Below are positions 48,113 to 61,599 of a stretch of 64,000 bases of DNA, in pieces. The notes under the pieces are model-generated. The model ran no database searches. It had not been told where the DNA came from and saw nothing but the letters and a program-made list of their open reading frames with translations. Location of the stretch: assembly GCF_009914755.1 (NCBI RefSeq), contig NC_060934.1, one strand, 5' to 3'. Positions within the stretch are counted from its first letter, which is position 1; every line of letters starts with the position of its first letter. Origin of the DNA: the human T2T-CHM13v2.0 reference genome, Homo sapiens. The position numbers and the translations under genes were made by a program.

Positions 48113-51100
48113 TGAAAAGGCAACCTAATTTTAAAATGGGCAAAGGACTTGAATAGACATTTCTCCAAGGAAGATATACAGATGGTCAATAAGCACATGA
48201 AAAGATGCCTAGGATCACTAATTGCTATGGTTTGGCTGTGTCCCCACCAAATCTCATCTTGAATTGTATCTCCCAGAATTCCCATGTGTTGCAGGAGGGA
48301 CTCAGGGGAGGTAATTGAATCATGGGGACCAGTCTTTCCCATGTCATTCTTGTTAAAGTGAATAAGTCTCACGAGACCTGATGGGTGTATCAGGGGTTTC
48401 TGCTTTTCTTCTTCCTCATTTTCTCTTGCCACCACCATGTAAGAAGTGCCTTTTGCCTCCCGCCATGATTCTGAGGCCTCCCCAGCCATGTGGAACAGTA
48501 AGTCCGATTTAACCTCTTTTCTTCCCAGTCTCAGGTATGTCTTTATCAGCAGCGTGAATACAGACTAATACAGTAAATTGTTACCAGTAGAGTGGGGTGC
48601 TGCTGAAAAGATACCTGAAAATGTGAAAGCGACTTTGGAACTGGGTAACAGGCAGAGGTTGGAACAGTTTGAAGGGCTCAGAAGAAGACAGGAAAATGTT
48701 GGATAGTTTGGAACTTCCTAGAGGCTTGTTGAATGGCTTTGCCCAAAATTCTGATAGTGATATGGACAATAAGGTCCAGGCTGAGGTGGTCTCAGATGGG
48801 GATGAGGAACTTGTTGGGAACTGGAGCAAAGGTGACTCTTGCTATGTTTTAAGAAAGAGACTGGTGGCATTTTGCCCTTGGCCTAGACATTTATGGAACT
48901 TTGAACCTGAGAGAGATTATTTAGGGTATCTGGCTGAAGAAATTTCTAGGTACCAAAGTATTTAAGAGGTGACTTGGGTACTGGTAAAGGCATTCAGTTT
49001 TATAAGGGAAGCAGAGCATACAAGTTTGGAAAATGTGCAGCTTGACTATGCATTAGAAAAGAAAAACCCATTTTCTGAGGAAAAATTCAAGTTGGCTACA
49101 GAAATTTGCATAAATAGCAAGTACCCTAATGTTAATCCCCAAAACCATGGGGAAAATGTCTCCAGGCCGTGTCAACGATCCTCACAGCAGCCCCTCCTAT
49201 CACAGGCCCAGAGGCCCAGGAGGAAAAAGTAGGCTGGGCCCAGGGTCCCTGTGCTGTGTGCAGCATGGGGCCTTGGTGCTCTGTGTCCCAGCTGCCCCAG
49301 CCATGGCTGAAAGGGACGAATGTACAACTCAGGCTGTGGCTTCAGAGGGTGGAAGCCTCAAGCCTTGGCAGCTTCCACATGGTGTTGAGCCTGCAGGTGC
49401 ACAGAAGTCAAGAATTGAGGTTTGGGAACCTCCATCTAGATTTCAGAAGATGTACGGAAATGCCTGAATGCCCAGGCAAAAGTTTGCTGCAGGGGTAGGG
49501 CCTTCATGGAGAACCTCTGCTAGGGCAGTGCAGAAGGGAAATGTTGGATCAGAGCCCCTACACAGAGTCCCTAGTGGGGTGCTGCTTAGTGGAGCTGTGA
49601 GAAGAGGGCCACCATCCTCCAGACCCCGGAATGGTAGATCCACCAACAGCTTGCACCACACTCCTGGAAAAGCCACAGACACTCAATGCCAGTCTGTGAA
49701 AGCAGCCAGGAGGGAGGCTGTACCCTGCAAAGTCACAGTGGCAGAGCTTCCCAAGACCATGAGAACCCACCTCTTGCATCAGCATAACCTGGATGCAAGA
49801 CCTGGAGTCAAAGGAGATCATTTTGGAGCTTTAATAAAAATGTGACTTCCCTGCTGGATTTCAGACTTGCATGGGCCATGTAACCTCTTTGTTTTGGCCA
49901 ATTTCTCCCATTTAGAGTGGGTGTGTTTACTCAATACCTGTACCCCCATTGTATCTCAGAAGTAACTAGCTTGCTTTTGATTTTACAGGCTTATAGATGG
50001 AAGGGGCTTGCCTTGTCTTTGATGAGACTTTGGACTGTAGACTTTCGGGTTATTGGGGTAATGGTGAAATGAGTTAAGACTTTGAGGGACTATTGGGAAG
50101 GCATGGTTTGTTCTGAAGTGTGAGGACATGAGATTGGAGGGGCCAGGGGCAGAATGATATGGCTTGGCTGTGTCCCTACCAAACGTCAACTTGAATTGCA
50201 TTTCCTAGAATTCCCACGAGTTGCGGTAGGGACCGAGAGGGAGGTAATTGAATAATGAGGGCTGGTCTTTCCCATGTTATTCTTGTTATAGTGAATAAGT
50301 CTCATGAGATCTGATGGGTTTATCAGAGGTTTCCACATTTGCTCCTTCCTCATTTTCTCTTGCCGCCACCATGTAAGAAGTGCCTTTTGCTTCCTGCCAT
50401 GATTCTGAGGCCTCCCCAGCCATGTGGAACTGTAAGTCCAATGAAACCTCTTTTTCTTCCCAGTCTCAGATATGTCTTCATCAGCAGTGTGAAAATGGAC
50501 TAATAACACTAATCATTAGTTAAATGCAAATCAGAACCGCAATGATACACCATTTCATACCTGTCAGATGACTATCATCAACAAAACCCCAGAAAATAAC
50601 AAATGTTGACAAGAGTATAAAGAGATTGGGACCATTGTGCATTGCTAGTAAAAATGGAAAATGATGTAGCCACTGTGGAAAATAATGTGGCAGTTCCCCA
50701 ACAAATCTAACATAAAATTACCATTTGATCAGAAGTTTCTCTACATTTAACGTAGTGAAACATTTAATGTATATACCCAAGAGAATCAAAAGCTGAATCT
50801 TGAACAGATGCTTGTGCACTGCTATTCTTAGCAGCATTAAAAATAGTCAAAAGGTGGAATCAGCTCAAATGTCCATCAACAGATGAATAGAAAAAAAATG
50901 GTGTGTTCATACAATGGAATATTATGTAGCCTTAAGAGATGAAATTCTGACACACTCCATGACATGGATGAAACTTGAAGGCATTATGCAAAGTGAAATC
51001 AGCCAGCTGCAAAAAGACAAATACTGTATAATTCCATTTATATGAGGCACCTACAGTGGTCAAATTTATAGCCACAGAAAATAGAATGATGGTTGTCAGG

Positions 51101-51295
51101 GGCTTGAAAGAGGGGAGAATGGAGAGATATTATTTAATGGGTATAGCGTTTCTCTTTGGAAAGATGAAAAAGTTCTAGAGAAGAATGGTGGTGATGGCTG
51201 CCCAACAGTGTGTATGTACTTGATGCCACTAAACTGCACACCTAAAAATGATTAAAATGGTAAATTTTGTTGTATATATTTTACCACAATTTTGA
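48113..51295 (+). mobile_element. L1MB-like 3' region split by THE1A (48113-48222 and 50509-51295)
   Basis: aaaatgggcaaaggacttgaatagacatttctcc...cactaat|cattag; ends tattttaccacaat. Confidence 0.85.
48223..50508 (+). mobile_element. Full-length THE1A MaLR: LTR 48223-48572, internal 48573-50154, LTR 50155-50508
   Basis: Two ~350-bp TG...CA direct LTRs, a polypurine tract before the 3' LTR, and a 5-bp TSD CTAAT (48218-48222 and 50509-50513). Confidence 0.95.
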
Positions 51296-54093
51296 AAACT
51301 TAACATCTTTGTCTGTCTAGCACCCTCCCCTGATTCAACAGCGTAAATCAACTGAGCAAACTAAAAGCCACTAAACTGATGTTTCATTTATTTCCTGCAA
51401 ATGGTCTAAAAGTTCTCTTTAGCATTTTATTTTAAAAATCAAGTTAGTTTGGTGGCTTGCTTCTCTATGTTAAAAATAGCATGGGTTATTGTTGAATGAG
51501 ATAGCATGTAATGTAGATATTAAAAATAGTTCACGTGTTGGGCACTTTTGTGCCTGGCACTCTACTGTTTTACACGTTAGCTCATTTATTCCTCACCACA
51601 ATTCTGTATGATAGCTATCATTTTTGTCATGCACCAATAAGCAAACTGAGGCATGAAGTCTTTTAATAAATGTCCTGAAGATAGTAAACCAGTGTATGGT
51701 GCATCCAGGATTTAAACCCAGGTAGTGTAACTCTAGAAACACACCATTTATTCATTATCTGATTAATTAGCTAGTAACCATGAATATTACTCTTGATCTT
51801 GCTGAGCTTTTGTTTTTTTCATGGGTAGTTTTGTTAAAAACTTTCTTACCTTTAACTACATGAACCACATGCCAGCAGTGTGATAAGCACTTTCATTCAT
51901 TATCTCAAGCTTCTGTACCTCCAGAGCCTACAACAATGTGTGGCACATTATGTGTGTTCTATAACTTTAAATAAATGAATAATGCAAAAAGAATATGTGC
52001 TTAATAAGGAAGGAATGGAATTTATTTCCAGTTCTGTGGCCAGAAGCCATTTGTATCTCGTTTGTGTGTCTAGGACCCATTGGAATGCAATGCAGCCAAG
52101 TTAATATTCAGACAAACTGCAAACTAATAAATATTAAGTTTCCCTAAGTTTCCTATTGCCTGATGGTACTTCTTTGATGTCAGTACTGAAATGGGCCAGC
52201 TCCACATCAGGATGTGGTTGGGAAGAGGCTGTGCACTGATCTAAGAAAGAAATCTGATGAAAATATGTTTCCACTGCATTATTCAAGGAGATAGTATATA
52301 AAACTCTGTATATACAAGCATACCTCTAAATGTAATCTGAATATTAAATTTTAAATTAGTGCTGTACTTTTACTTCTAAAATGAAACTCAGAAAGGATGG
52401 CATAATTCCAAGAAAGAAAGAGTTTGGAAACTTCCTTAACAACACCATTAAGCATTCCTTAACAACAGCAACACAGGGAGGTGCTGTTTTAAAATAACTC
52501 ACGGGTCAAATAGCAACTTTTTGGATATTGGTCACTGTTTTGGTGTGGTCTGTGGAATGGGTCAAGGGGGGACAGTTTTCACACTGAAGGAAATATATGA
52601 ATATTCTATTCTTGATGGTAAGTCTAATGAAAGGTAAATGGAGAAATAAGGCAATTTTGTCTCGCTTCGCACCAGAAGTGTGAAAGGACACATAGGCAAT
52701 CAGACCAAAAATAAATGTTTTGTTTCAAGTAACCAGATACTTGAAGCAAAAGCATTTTTTTGTACCTTCCTATGTGTAAAATTATCTATCTCATTCACGT
52801 AAAATTGGTTTTGTTACCATTATCGAGATACTTACAAAACAATGGTTTTTATTTTCAGGAGAATAGCGAGTTCATTTCTATTTGTTTGTTGTTTAGTTAG
52901 TTGGTTGACTGTTACGAGGGAGCAGGTGGGAAGGCTGGCTAGATAGTTGTCCCAATCAATTACTTTTCTCCTGTGTGTACGGTTGCTCTAAATAAGGATA
53001 GTAGAGTGATCAGGCAAGTTACCAAGGTTGCCTGCTTCCCTTCAAATCTGACAAATAGCCATGGGCACGTCATTCTTAATGCCACCAAAATGAATGGTGT
53101 CTCTCTAGTGTAATGGATGTTCCACATTAAAAAATGAGACAGAATGTGAGCATAGCTTTAAATTATTAAAATGGAGAAGATTTATGTTCATACCTTGTGT
53201 AAACTGGTTTACAGGATGCATTCTAAAACGTGAAAAACAGAAGGTAGCAAAGTAATCATGCTAGTGGTCAAGGGAGATTTTGCTTAAGTTGTGTTTTTGT
53301 AATTTGTATAAAAATTATATGTTGTGTCGACTAAAATAAACTAGAAATAATTAAAAATCATACATACTATGTGATTATACATTTAGACATTTACACTTGT
53401 GTGTGTATTTGGGGAAAAAGACTACAGGTAAATACATCCATATTAATAGTATTTCTGGATTGTGGAATTATGGCATTTTTTTCTTTGAACACTTCAGATT
53501 TACAAAGCACTGGATAAGCAGGAAGAATTACTTTTATAATAAGCTATGACGGTAAGTTTGTTTGAGGTGCAGTCTCATTTTTCCCATGTAACAAAGGAGT
53601 GGGCCTTGACCCAATCAGAGCTAAGTGTTGTTTTTGTTTTAACTTACATCAATCTGTTTATTTCACTCATATGAAAAGCACAGGCATGTCCCAGGTTCAC
53701 AAAAAGCAAATAAAAGCATTGCCCTTTACTCACCTTGCTCTCAATTCAATAAACTAAAAAGAAAGGATATTTATTGTGAAAGGCATGATTATCTCTTCTA
53801 CATATGTATATTGAGAATATAGCATGTGCAAGGAATTATTCTAGGTGAAACAGGGAATACAGCAGTGAAAAACACAACCAAAACAACTTCCTTTAAAAAG
53901 CTTACATTCTAATGGGAGGAGAAGACATTAGTGCACCAACTACATATTACGCTGGAAGATAATACATGCCATGGAGATTACAAAAAATAAAACTGAGTAC
54001 ATGAAATGAATTTAGGAAAGGAGTGAAATTTAAAAATGTCTAGTCGCTAGTCAGGGTAAGCGTTATTGAGATGATATTTGTTTTTTCTTTTTT

Positions 54094-54800
54094 GATAACT
54101 TTTTACAGCTTTATGTTTAACGAATATCAAACATACTGTCAATATTTAAAGTGTAAATGAGATGAATTTAACATGTACATGTGCCCATTAAACAATCACC
54201 ATGAAGGAGATAGTGAACATATCCAACACACCCAAAGCTTTCCAGTTCCTCTTTGTAGTGCACACTCATACCTCTCAGGTGTGAAGTAGTGAGCCACACT
54301 CATACAAACAAACACACACTGGGCTATCTCATTGTTTCAGGAGCATTTGTTCAAAATGTTATCCTTATGTCCATGAATCGTCTCAGAACTTTATTAAAAC
54401 TTAGCTGATATACGTGTATGTGGCTGTATTAGTACTACATTTTCTTAGTTACTATAACTTTATAAGTCTTGAGACCAGGTGCTGTTCTCCAAATCTGTTG
54501 CCTTTCAAAGTAACTTGCCATTGTAGGTCCTCTGCATATCTATGTAAATTTCAGAATTTTAGTTTGTCAGTTTCTAAAAGAAATCCAGCTATGATTTGAT
54601 TAGGACTGTTATAGATCAATGTGGGAAGAGTAGACATCTTAACAATATTGAGATTTATGACTTGTGAATTCCATTTATTTGTTATCTCAGCAATATGTTG
54701 TAGTTTTCAGATGTTTTGCTTTTTTTTCAGGTTTATGCCTAATTACTACACATTTTGATATTTATAATAATATCAAAATTACTGTAATATTGTAAATGTT
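54094..54800 (-). mobile_element. Ancient L1M fragments inside the putative transduced segment
   Basis: acagctttatg.., tttaaagtgtaa, atagatcaat.tgggaagagt.gacatcttaacaatattgag. Confidence 0.7.
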
Positions 54801-54948
54801 TTAATTTTTTTCTCCATTAATTGTCAGGTACCTTTAAATCATAATTTAATTGGATGATACAACTGGATTTTGAAAAAAGTATACATATATGTATATTAAA
54901 AGTAATGTATTTTTTTCTGTTTGGCAGACTGACTCTGCTATCATATCA

Positions 54949-55302
54949 TGTATTAGTCCAAATTCATACTCCTGATAAAGACATACTCGAGATTGAGAAG
55001 AAAAAGAAGCTTAATTAGACTTACAGTTCCACATGGCTGGGGAGGCCTCAGAATCATGGCGGGAGGCAAAAGGTACTTCTTACATAGCAGTGGCAAGAGA
55101 AAATGAGAAAGAAGCAAAAGCAGAAACCCCTGATAAACCCATCAGATCTCATGAGACTTATTCACTATAACAAGAATAATATGGGAAAGACCAGCCCTCA
55201 TGATTCAGTTGCCTCCCTCTGGATCCCTCCCACTACACGTGGGAATTCTGGGAGATACAATTCAAGTTGAGATTTGGGTGGAGACACAGCCAAACCATGT
55301 GA
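54949..55302 (-). mobile_element. THE1A solo LTR
   Basis: Reverse complement of the LTRs at 48223 and 50155; TSD TATCA (54944-54948 and 55303-55307). Confidence 0.93.
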
Positions 55303-55559
55303 TATCATAATGTAAAATTGCACTCAGTATCACTCAGCCTCCTCTCAAGGACAATATATCAAAATATATGGCATGTTTCAGTTTATTTAGCATCGCAAAA
55401 CTCTAAAATTGCACTTACTTTTAGAAACCTGGAATAGTAATATAAATGCCAGCTCATAGACAGATATAAGACTACATATGACAATTTTCTAAATTCAATC
55501 TAACCACTTTTTAATTCTGTATTCTCAATGTTTTTCCTCCTCTTGAAATTCACTCACTC

Positions 55560-56847
55560 TTTTTTTTAATTTATTTTTTATTTCAATAGGTTTTTGGGGA
55601 ACATGTGGTGTTTGGTTACATAAATAAATTCTTTAGTGGTGATTTGTGACATTTTGGTGCACCTGTCACCCAAGCAGTATACACTTTACCCAATGTGTAA
55701 TCTTTTATCCCTCACTCTGCTCCCATGCTTTCCCTCAAGTCCCCAAAGTCCATTGTATTATTCTTGTGCCTTTGTATCCTCATAGCTTAGCTCCCACTTA
55801 TGAGTAAGAATATATGATATTTGGTTTTCCATTCCTGAGTTTTTTCACTTAGAATAATAGTCTCCAATTCCATCCAGATTGCTGCAAATGGCATTATTTT
55901 ATTCCTTTTTGTGGCCGAGTAGTATTCCATGGAGTATATGTATATATACCAGATTTTCTTTATCCCCTCATTGACGGATGGGTATTTGGGCTGGTTCCAT
56001 ACTTTTGCAATTGCAAATTGTGCTCTTGTAAACATGCATGTGCAAGTGTTTTGTTCATATAATGACTTCTTTTCCTCTAAGTAGATAACTAGTAGTGGGA
56101 TTGCTGGATCAAATGTAGCCAACTGATCTTCAACAAAGCAAACAGAAACAAAGTGGGGAAAGGACACCCTATTCAACAAATTGTGCTGGGCTAATTAGCA
56201 AACCACATGTAGAAGAATGAAACTGGATCCTCATCTCTCAGCTTACACAAAAATCAACTCAAGATGGATCAAAGACTTAAAGACCTGAAGCCATACAAAT
56301 TCTAGAAAATAACATTGGAAAAACCCTTGTAGACATTGGTGTAGGCAAAGACTTCATAACCAAGAACCAAAAGGCAAATGCAACAAAAACAAAGATAAAT
56401 AGATGGGACTTAATTAAACTAAAAAGCTTCTGCACGGCAAAATAAACCATCAGCAGAGTTAACAGACAACCCACAGAGTGGGGGAAAATCTTCAGAATCT
56501 ATACATCCAACAAAGGACTAATATCCAGATTTTACAAAGAACTCAAATAAGCAAGAACAAAGTGAACAATCCCATCAAAAAGTGGGCTAAGGACATGAAT
56601 AGACAATTCTCAAAAGAGGAAATGGCCAACAAGCATGGAAAAATGCTCAACATCACTAATTATCAGGGAAATGCAAATCAAAACCGCAATGCAATACCAC
56701 CTTACTCCTACAAGAATGGCCGTAATCAAAAAATAAAAAAATAATAGATGTTGGCGTGGATGTGGTGAAAAGGGAACACTTTTACACGGTTGGTGGAAAT
56801 GTAAACTTGTACAAGCACTATGGAAAACCGTGTGAGGATTCCTTAAA
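55560..56847 (-). mobile_element. 5'-inverted L1PB1-like element (3' part 55560-56115 on -, inverted part 56116-56847 on +)
   Basis: L1PB-type 3' UTR (ggtttttggggaaca.gtggtgtttggttacat); strand switch at gatcaaatg|tagccaactg. Confidence 0.9.
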
Positions 56848-58189
56848 GAGATGATATTTGAACAAGAACTTGAGGTGAAAGTAGAAAATGTATAGCAATC
56901 TGGCAGAAGAGTGTTCCAAGCATATGGAACAGCCTGTGTGACGACTCTGAGGCAGGGATGTGCCTATCATGAACAAGCAAGAACAAGGAGACCAGTGTTA
57001 CTAAAACAGAATGAGCAAGGAGGACAAATAATAGGTGATGAGGTCAGTGGTAATCAGGGACCAGATACTATGGCCTTGAAGGTTATAGTAAAAACTTTAA
57101 CTTTTGTTTTGGTAAGAGGAATGAGGTAATCTAGCTTAATATTTTAAAGTATCATGCAGTTGCTGTGAGGAGAATAGATTGTAGCAGGACCAATATACCA
57201 GCAGGAAGACCAGTTAGGAATCTAATGCAGTAACTCAGGTAAGAGATGAGGATGCCCTGGTCAGAGGTGCTAGCAGTAGAAGCAGTGAGAAGTAGTAAGA
57301 TTCTATACATATTTTAAAGATAGAGCCAAAAGCATCTTTTGTCTGTGGAGATGGAGAGACCTTAAGAATGACTCCAAAGATTTTAACCTCAGCACCTGGA
57401 TGGATAGAGTTGTCATTACTTGAGACAGAGGAGAGCATGTGTGTAATACATTTTTGTAAAGCACAGGAAATTCTGGTACATGCAGATCGACATGAGATTT
57501 AAGTATTCTGTTGGGAATAATGAGTCAGCACTGGCTACACAAGTCTGGATTTCAGAAGAAAAAAGGCTTTTTGGCTAGAAATGCAATCTTAGGAATTGTT
57601 GGCCTACATAGCATTCTACAATTTTGTGGACAGATGTCAGGACTTAGGTGTAAGGCATGCGAGCTTTTAGAGCTGAGTTCGATGCAGTAAAATCAGCAAA
57701 GGGAACTGAGAAGGAGGACTAAACATAGGGTAGGAGGAGTAAGTAAAACTAGAAATGAAAATCTATGAAGGAAGAGAGAATGATGAAATGTACCAAATGG
57801 GGTCTGTTTGATATAGAATAAGAAGGAGATGAATTAGAGAGAGTAAATACAGACAACTCCTTCAAAGAATTATAAATAGGTAAGAAATGTGCCAGTAAGT
57901 AGAACAGAAAGTGTAAGAAAAGGAAGAAGGCTCTTGTTTGTTTTGAGAAGAAATAATAACATTTATTTACTCTTGGGAATGACAGTGAAAACAAATAGTA
58001 AAAGGGAAAGAGAATGTGGGGCAAAGTCCTTGATTGAGTGTCCTAGTGCTTAACTGAGGCGAATCCAAGTAGAGAGGCACAGATTAATGTAGATTCTTAC
58101 AGGTAGTGTTGGGATGGGTGGCAGCTCTCTTCTGACTGTTTCAACTTTCTCAGTGCAGTAGGAGGCTAAATTTCAGGCTGTACATACAT

Positions 58190-59150
58190 GAGTACATTTA
58201 ACACATTGAGCATATTTTGTGTTCTTAATACTATCCTAGGCCTTGATGTGATTATGTCATCAGATGTTCTTGCCCACAGAAAATTTGCATTCCAATGAAG
58301 ATGTACAATTAAACCTAAAAAAATTGTAAATGTTATGAGAAATGTTAGATTTCTATGGAAGTATTACAAAAAGGGCATTTAATTCACTTGGCCATGAGTG
58401 GCACCAGAGAAATCTTCCCTCACAAAGTAATCTCTAAGTTGAAATGTGATTATTGAATAGTGGTAGAGGGGCTGTAAAGGGTACTTCAGATAGAAGGAAT
58501 AGTGAATGGAAAGCCTGAAATATGAGAGCTAATATGGCAGTTAAAGGAAATGGCAATGACGGTAAAACTAAAAAGGTTGATGGAAAGAGTAACTGAGGTT
58601 GAAAGACTGTCAGGGGCAAGATTATGTATCCATGTAGAAGAGTTTGCAATTTCTCCTTTGAACATTTGGAAGGGACTTAAACAGTGAGAAGTTATGGACA
58701 GATTTGCATTTACACTCTAGAAAGAGCATTGGCTCAAGTGTGACAAATGGAATGGAGTGAATTGAGGGGAAGTCAAGGAGAGCAGGTGAGACACTATTTC
58801 AGTAGACAAGGTGAGAGGCGGTGTGTTGGAAGACTAGCAGTCATGGTGTTGCAGGAAAGTGGGTCCACTCGAGAATATTCAGGAAGAAGGATCAAGTGGG
58901 TGTGAGTAGTGATTGAATGTGGATGGTTGAGTGAAGAAACTCAAGCGTCACTAACAGAATATGGCTTGGTGGTAACTTTAAATGAAGTAAGATAACGAGG
59001 CTTTGGGGAAAAAGTGCTGGGTTAAATTTTTGACAATGCTGTGTGATGCCCAAGTGGAGTTTTTGAAAAAGACAGAAATGAGTCTAAAACTCAAGGGAAG
59101 TTGTTGTTTGATTGGAATTATAAATTTGGGAGTTATCGGCATAGCTATAA
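58190..59150 (-). mobile_element. L2 remnant
   Basis: attgagcat.., cagatttgcattt, ataaatttgggagttatcggcata. Confidence 0.6.
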
Positions 59151-60587
59151 TTCAGTTTCTAACCAACTACAAAGAAAAAAATAAAAACCTCAAAGAACAA
59201 ATAGGCCAAAAAATTGACATTCAGGTCACTGTTAATTTTTCTTATCACTAAGCCTGAAGGCCATTGTCCTTTTATTCAGGTTTTCCTTTGTTCTTTAGAG
59301 GGTGAATTAGCATGTTCCTTTAATGTTTCCATATGGAATTCTCATGCATTTTGAAGTGAAAGGGTTATAAATGTCATATAATTTTCCTTGGCATTTTTAT
59401 TTTCTGCAAGTAAAGAACATTTCACTATAAAGCATTCATAATGATACTGATTTTGTTGGTCATATTCTCCAGCTACTAATTTTCCATAAAAGTTCGCTTG
59501 GGGGAAAAAAAAGGAAAAACACTTTTTATTAGGATTTGAGCTAAACTGAGTTAGCTCGTTCACGGCAAAGAAGTCATTTATTGCTGACATGGGCCCTGTT
59601 GCTGATGGTCTTTCTCCATAAATCTAGCATGTCCTGTGAAAGGTTAATGCTGCAGTTTAGCAGCCAATTCCATCCAAAGTGTAGTGAAAATTAGCATACC
59701 CTTTTTTACTTAGTTATGTGTATGCATATCAAGAGTCTTTTTAAAATTCAGACTCGAAATAATCCAATGTTAAATAAATAAAAATAATTGATTGTGTCAT
59801 GTATTATGCTAGAGTTTTATATTCCTAAACTCATTAAAGCTTCTCAATCATACTTTCCAATTGGTATTGTTATCTTTAATAATGTAGATGAAGAAAATGG
59901 GTGCCTGAAAGGTGGGTCTTTCTCCAGAAGTGACAAGTCATAATTCCCAAGTCCAAAACGTCAACAAAAATGCAAAACGTTATGGATAAATAATACCCTA
60001 GGAAGGCTTGAACATTCGTCATTGTGCAAGCAGAGGGTCATTGAGAACTGGCTCCGAGAATCCCAAGAATTTTTCTTGCTGTCCTTTTGTTTATCGTCAT
60101 TGTGTGCATTTCCCCAATGCTTTGGAAATAATTTGGAGTCTTTACAATGAAAGATGAAATCTTTATTGTGACAACACAGCAATCTAATTTATCTCTGACA
60201 TGGTTCCCCCTTTACCCAGCATAAATGGAGTGCCAGCTTAATGATGTCATTCTCTATAATATAGGATATCAAACAAGGAAGAAGTCATTTGGGGTCTGCA
60301 CCGGGGAAAACAATGAACAATGTCTTTCAGCTTCCTGTGAGCACCACTGCAAAGGTTCCTAAATTTATCCCTAGGGTTTCCAAAAGGTAGAGATTGAGTA
60401 TTGCACAGAGCTAGTGTAACTAGCCTCACAGGATCATTCTAAAGATAAAATGAGATAATTTGAGTAATGAGATCTAGCATAGTGACTTGAACTTAATATA
60501 TTCTTATTTTTTTCTTTCTATTTTTTTTTCTGTTTCTAGGTTGATTACTTCAGGCTAGAAATATACCTTTGAATTTTGAAAGAAAAT

Positions 60588-60602
60588 CTCTCTCTCTCTC
60601 TC

Positions 60603-60637
<35 letters not shown>

Positions 60638-60656
60638 CTATGTATGTATGTATGTG
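60588..60656 (+). repeat. (CT)n-(GT)n-(ATGT)n compound microsatellite
   Basis: Directly visible. Confidence 0.95.
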
Positions 60657-61599
60657 TTTGCAACTTTGGCTCTCTAAAAGGAAAAGTATAAAATTTTCTA
60701 GTTTCAGTTTTCTGTACCCTAACATTTAATTTCATCTAGACCTGGAAAGAATAAAACAAATTTTTGAATCTGCTGAAGTCAAAAGATTATAGTATCTGTG
60801 CTAAAAATACATAAACAAAAACAGCAACCACAATATTCTAATGAAATGTAATAGGTGTAAAATAAACTTATATAAAATAAAAAAGAGAAAACAATAGAAA
60901 GGAATAAGCTAACAGAAGCTTTAAGCAATGTTACCCGATGAGAGTTTTGAAGGAATTTTGGAATTTTCAGGAGTTTATATGAAAAAGTTTAAGTTTAGGA
61001 AAGAGAGAAAGTTATGGGCAGATACAGAAGGCATAAGCCATGTAGCACGTTTGGGAAACTTCACAGAATTTGGCAGTGGTGAAATAAAAAGGCCAAAATT
61101 CTACATTGAGGCTCGGTTCTGATTGTGGTCTACCTTCTATGCAAAGGAACTGGACTTTTCCCTCAAAACAAGGAGAGTCTTTGGAGAGCTGTAATCATAG
61201 GAATGCCAGGATCTGGCCTAGAAATAATGAAGTAGATTTTCCAATTCTACCCCAGCAGATCTCAGCTATCTTAGTCTCCTAGGAAGGAGACAAATAGGCC
61301 AAATTGGTTAGCTCAAGACTAAACTCATTGTCTTCCTGTGACCATGGGTCTCAAATTGTTTCTGTTTCTTACTATCTTCACAATCAAGTACAAAATCTTC
61401 TTGGTGTGACACTAATTATAATCTGGCAACTATTTACTTCTCCAGTCTCATCTTGTACACTGACCTCCTTCATAGACAATGAGCTATCCCTCATTAGGGA
61501 TACACACAACATGAACAACATTAAAATAATTACAATTAATATTTCTTGAGCACTTATTATAAGCTAAGTAAAGCATTATTCTAAATATTCAATGGGTTA

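Larger units (their letters stand above)
53760..58150 (-). mobile_element. L2 host element split by the 54081-56847 insertion
   Basis: ...gtcagggtaagc..gagatgatatttg|aacaagaacttga... continues as L2 (aagagtgttccaag, gaagaccagttagga). Confidence 0.75.

Noticed and set aside
48581-49845. Cluster of ORFs as a gene
   Set aside because: Broken remnants of the THE1 internal region.
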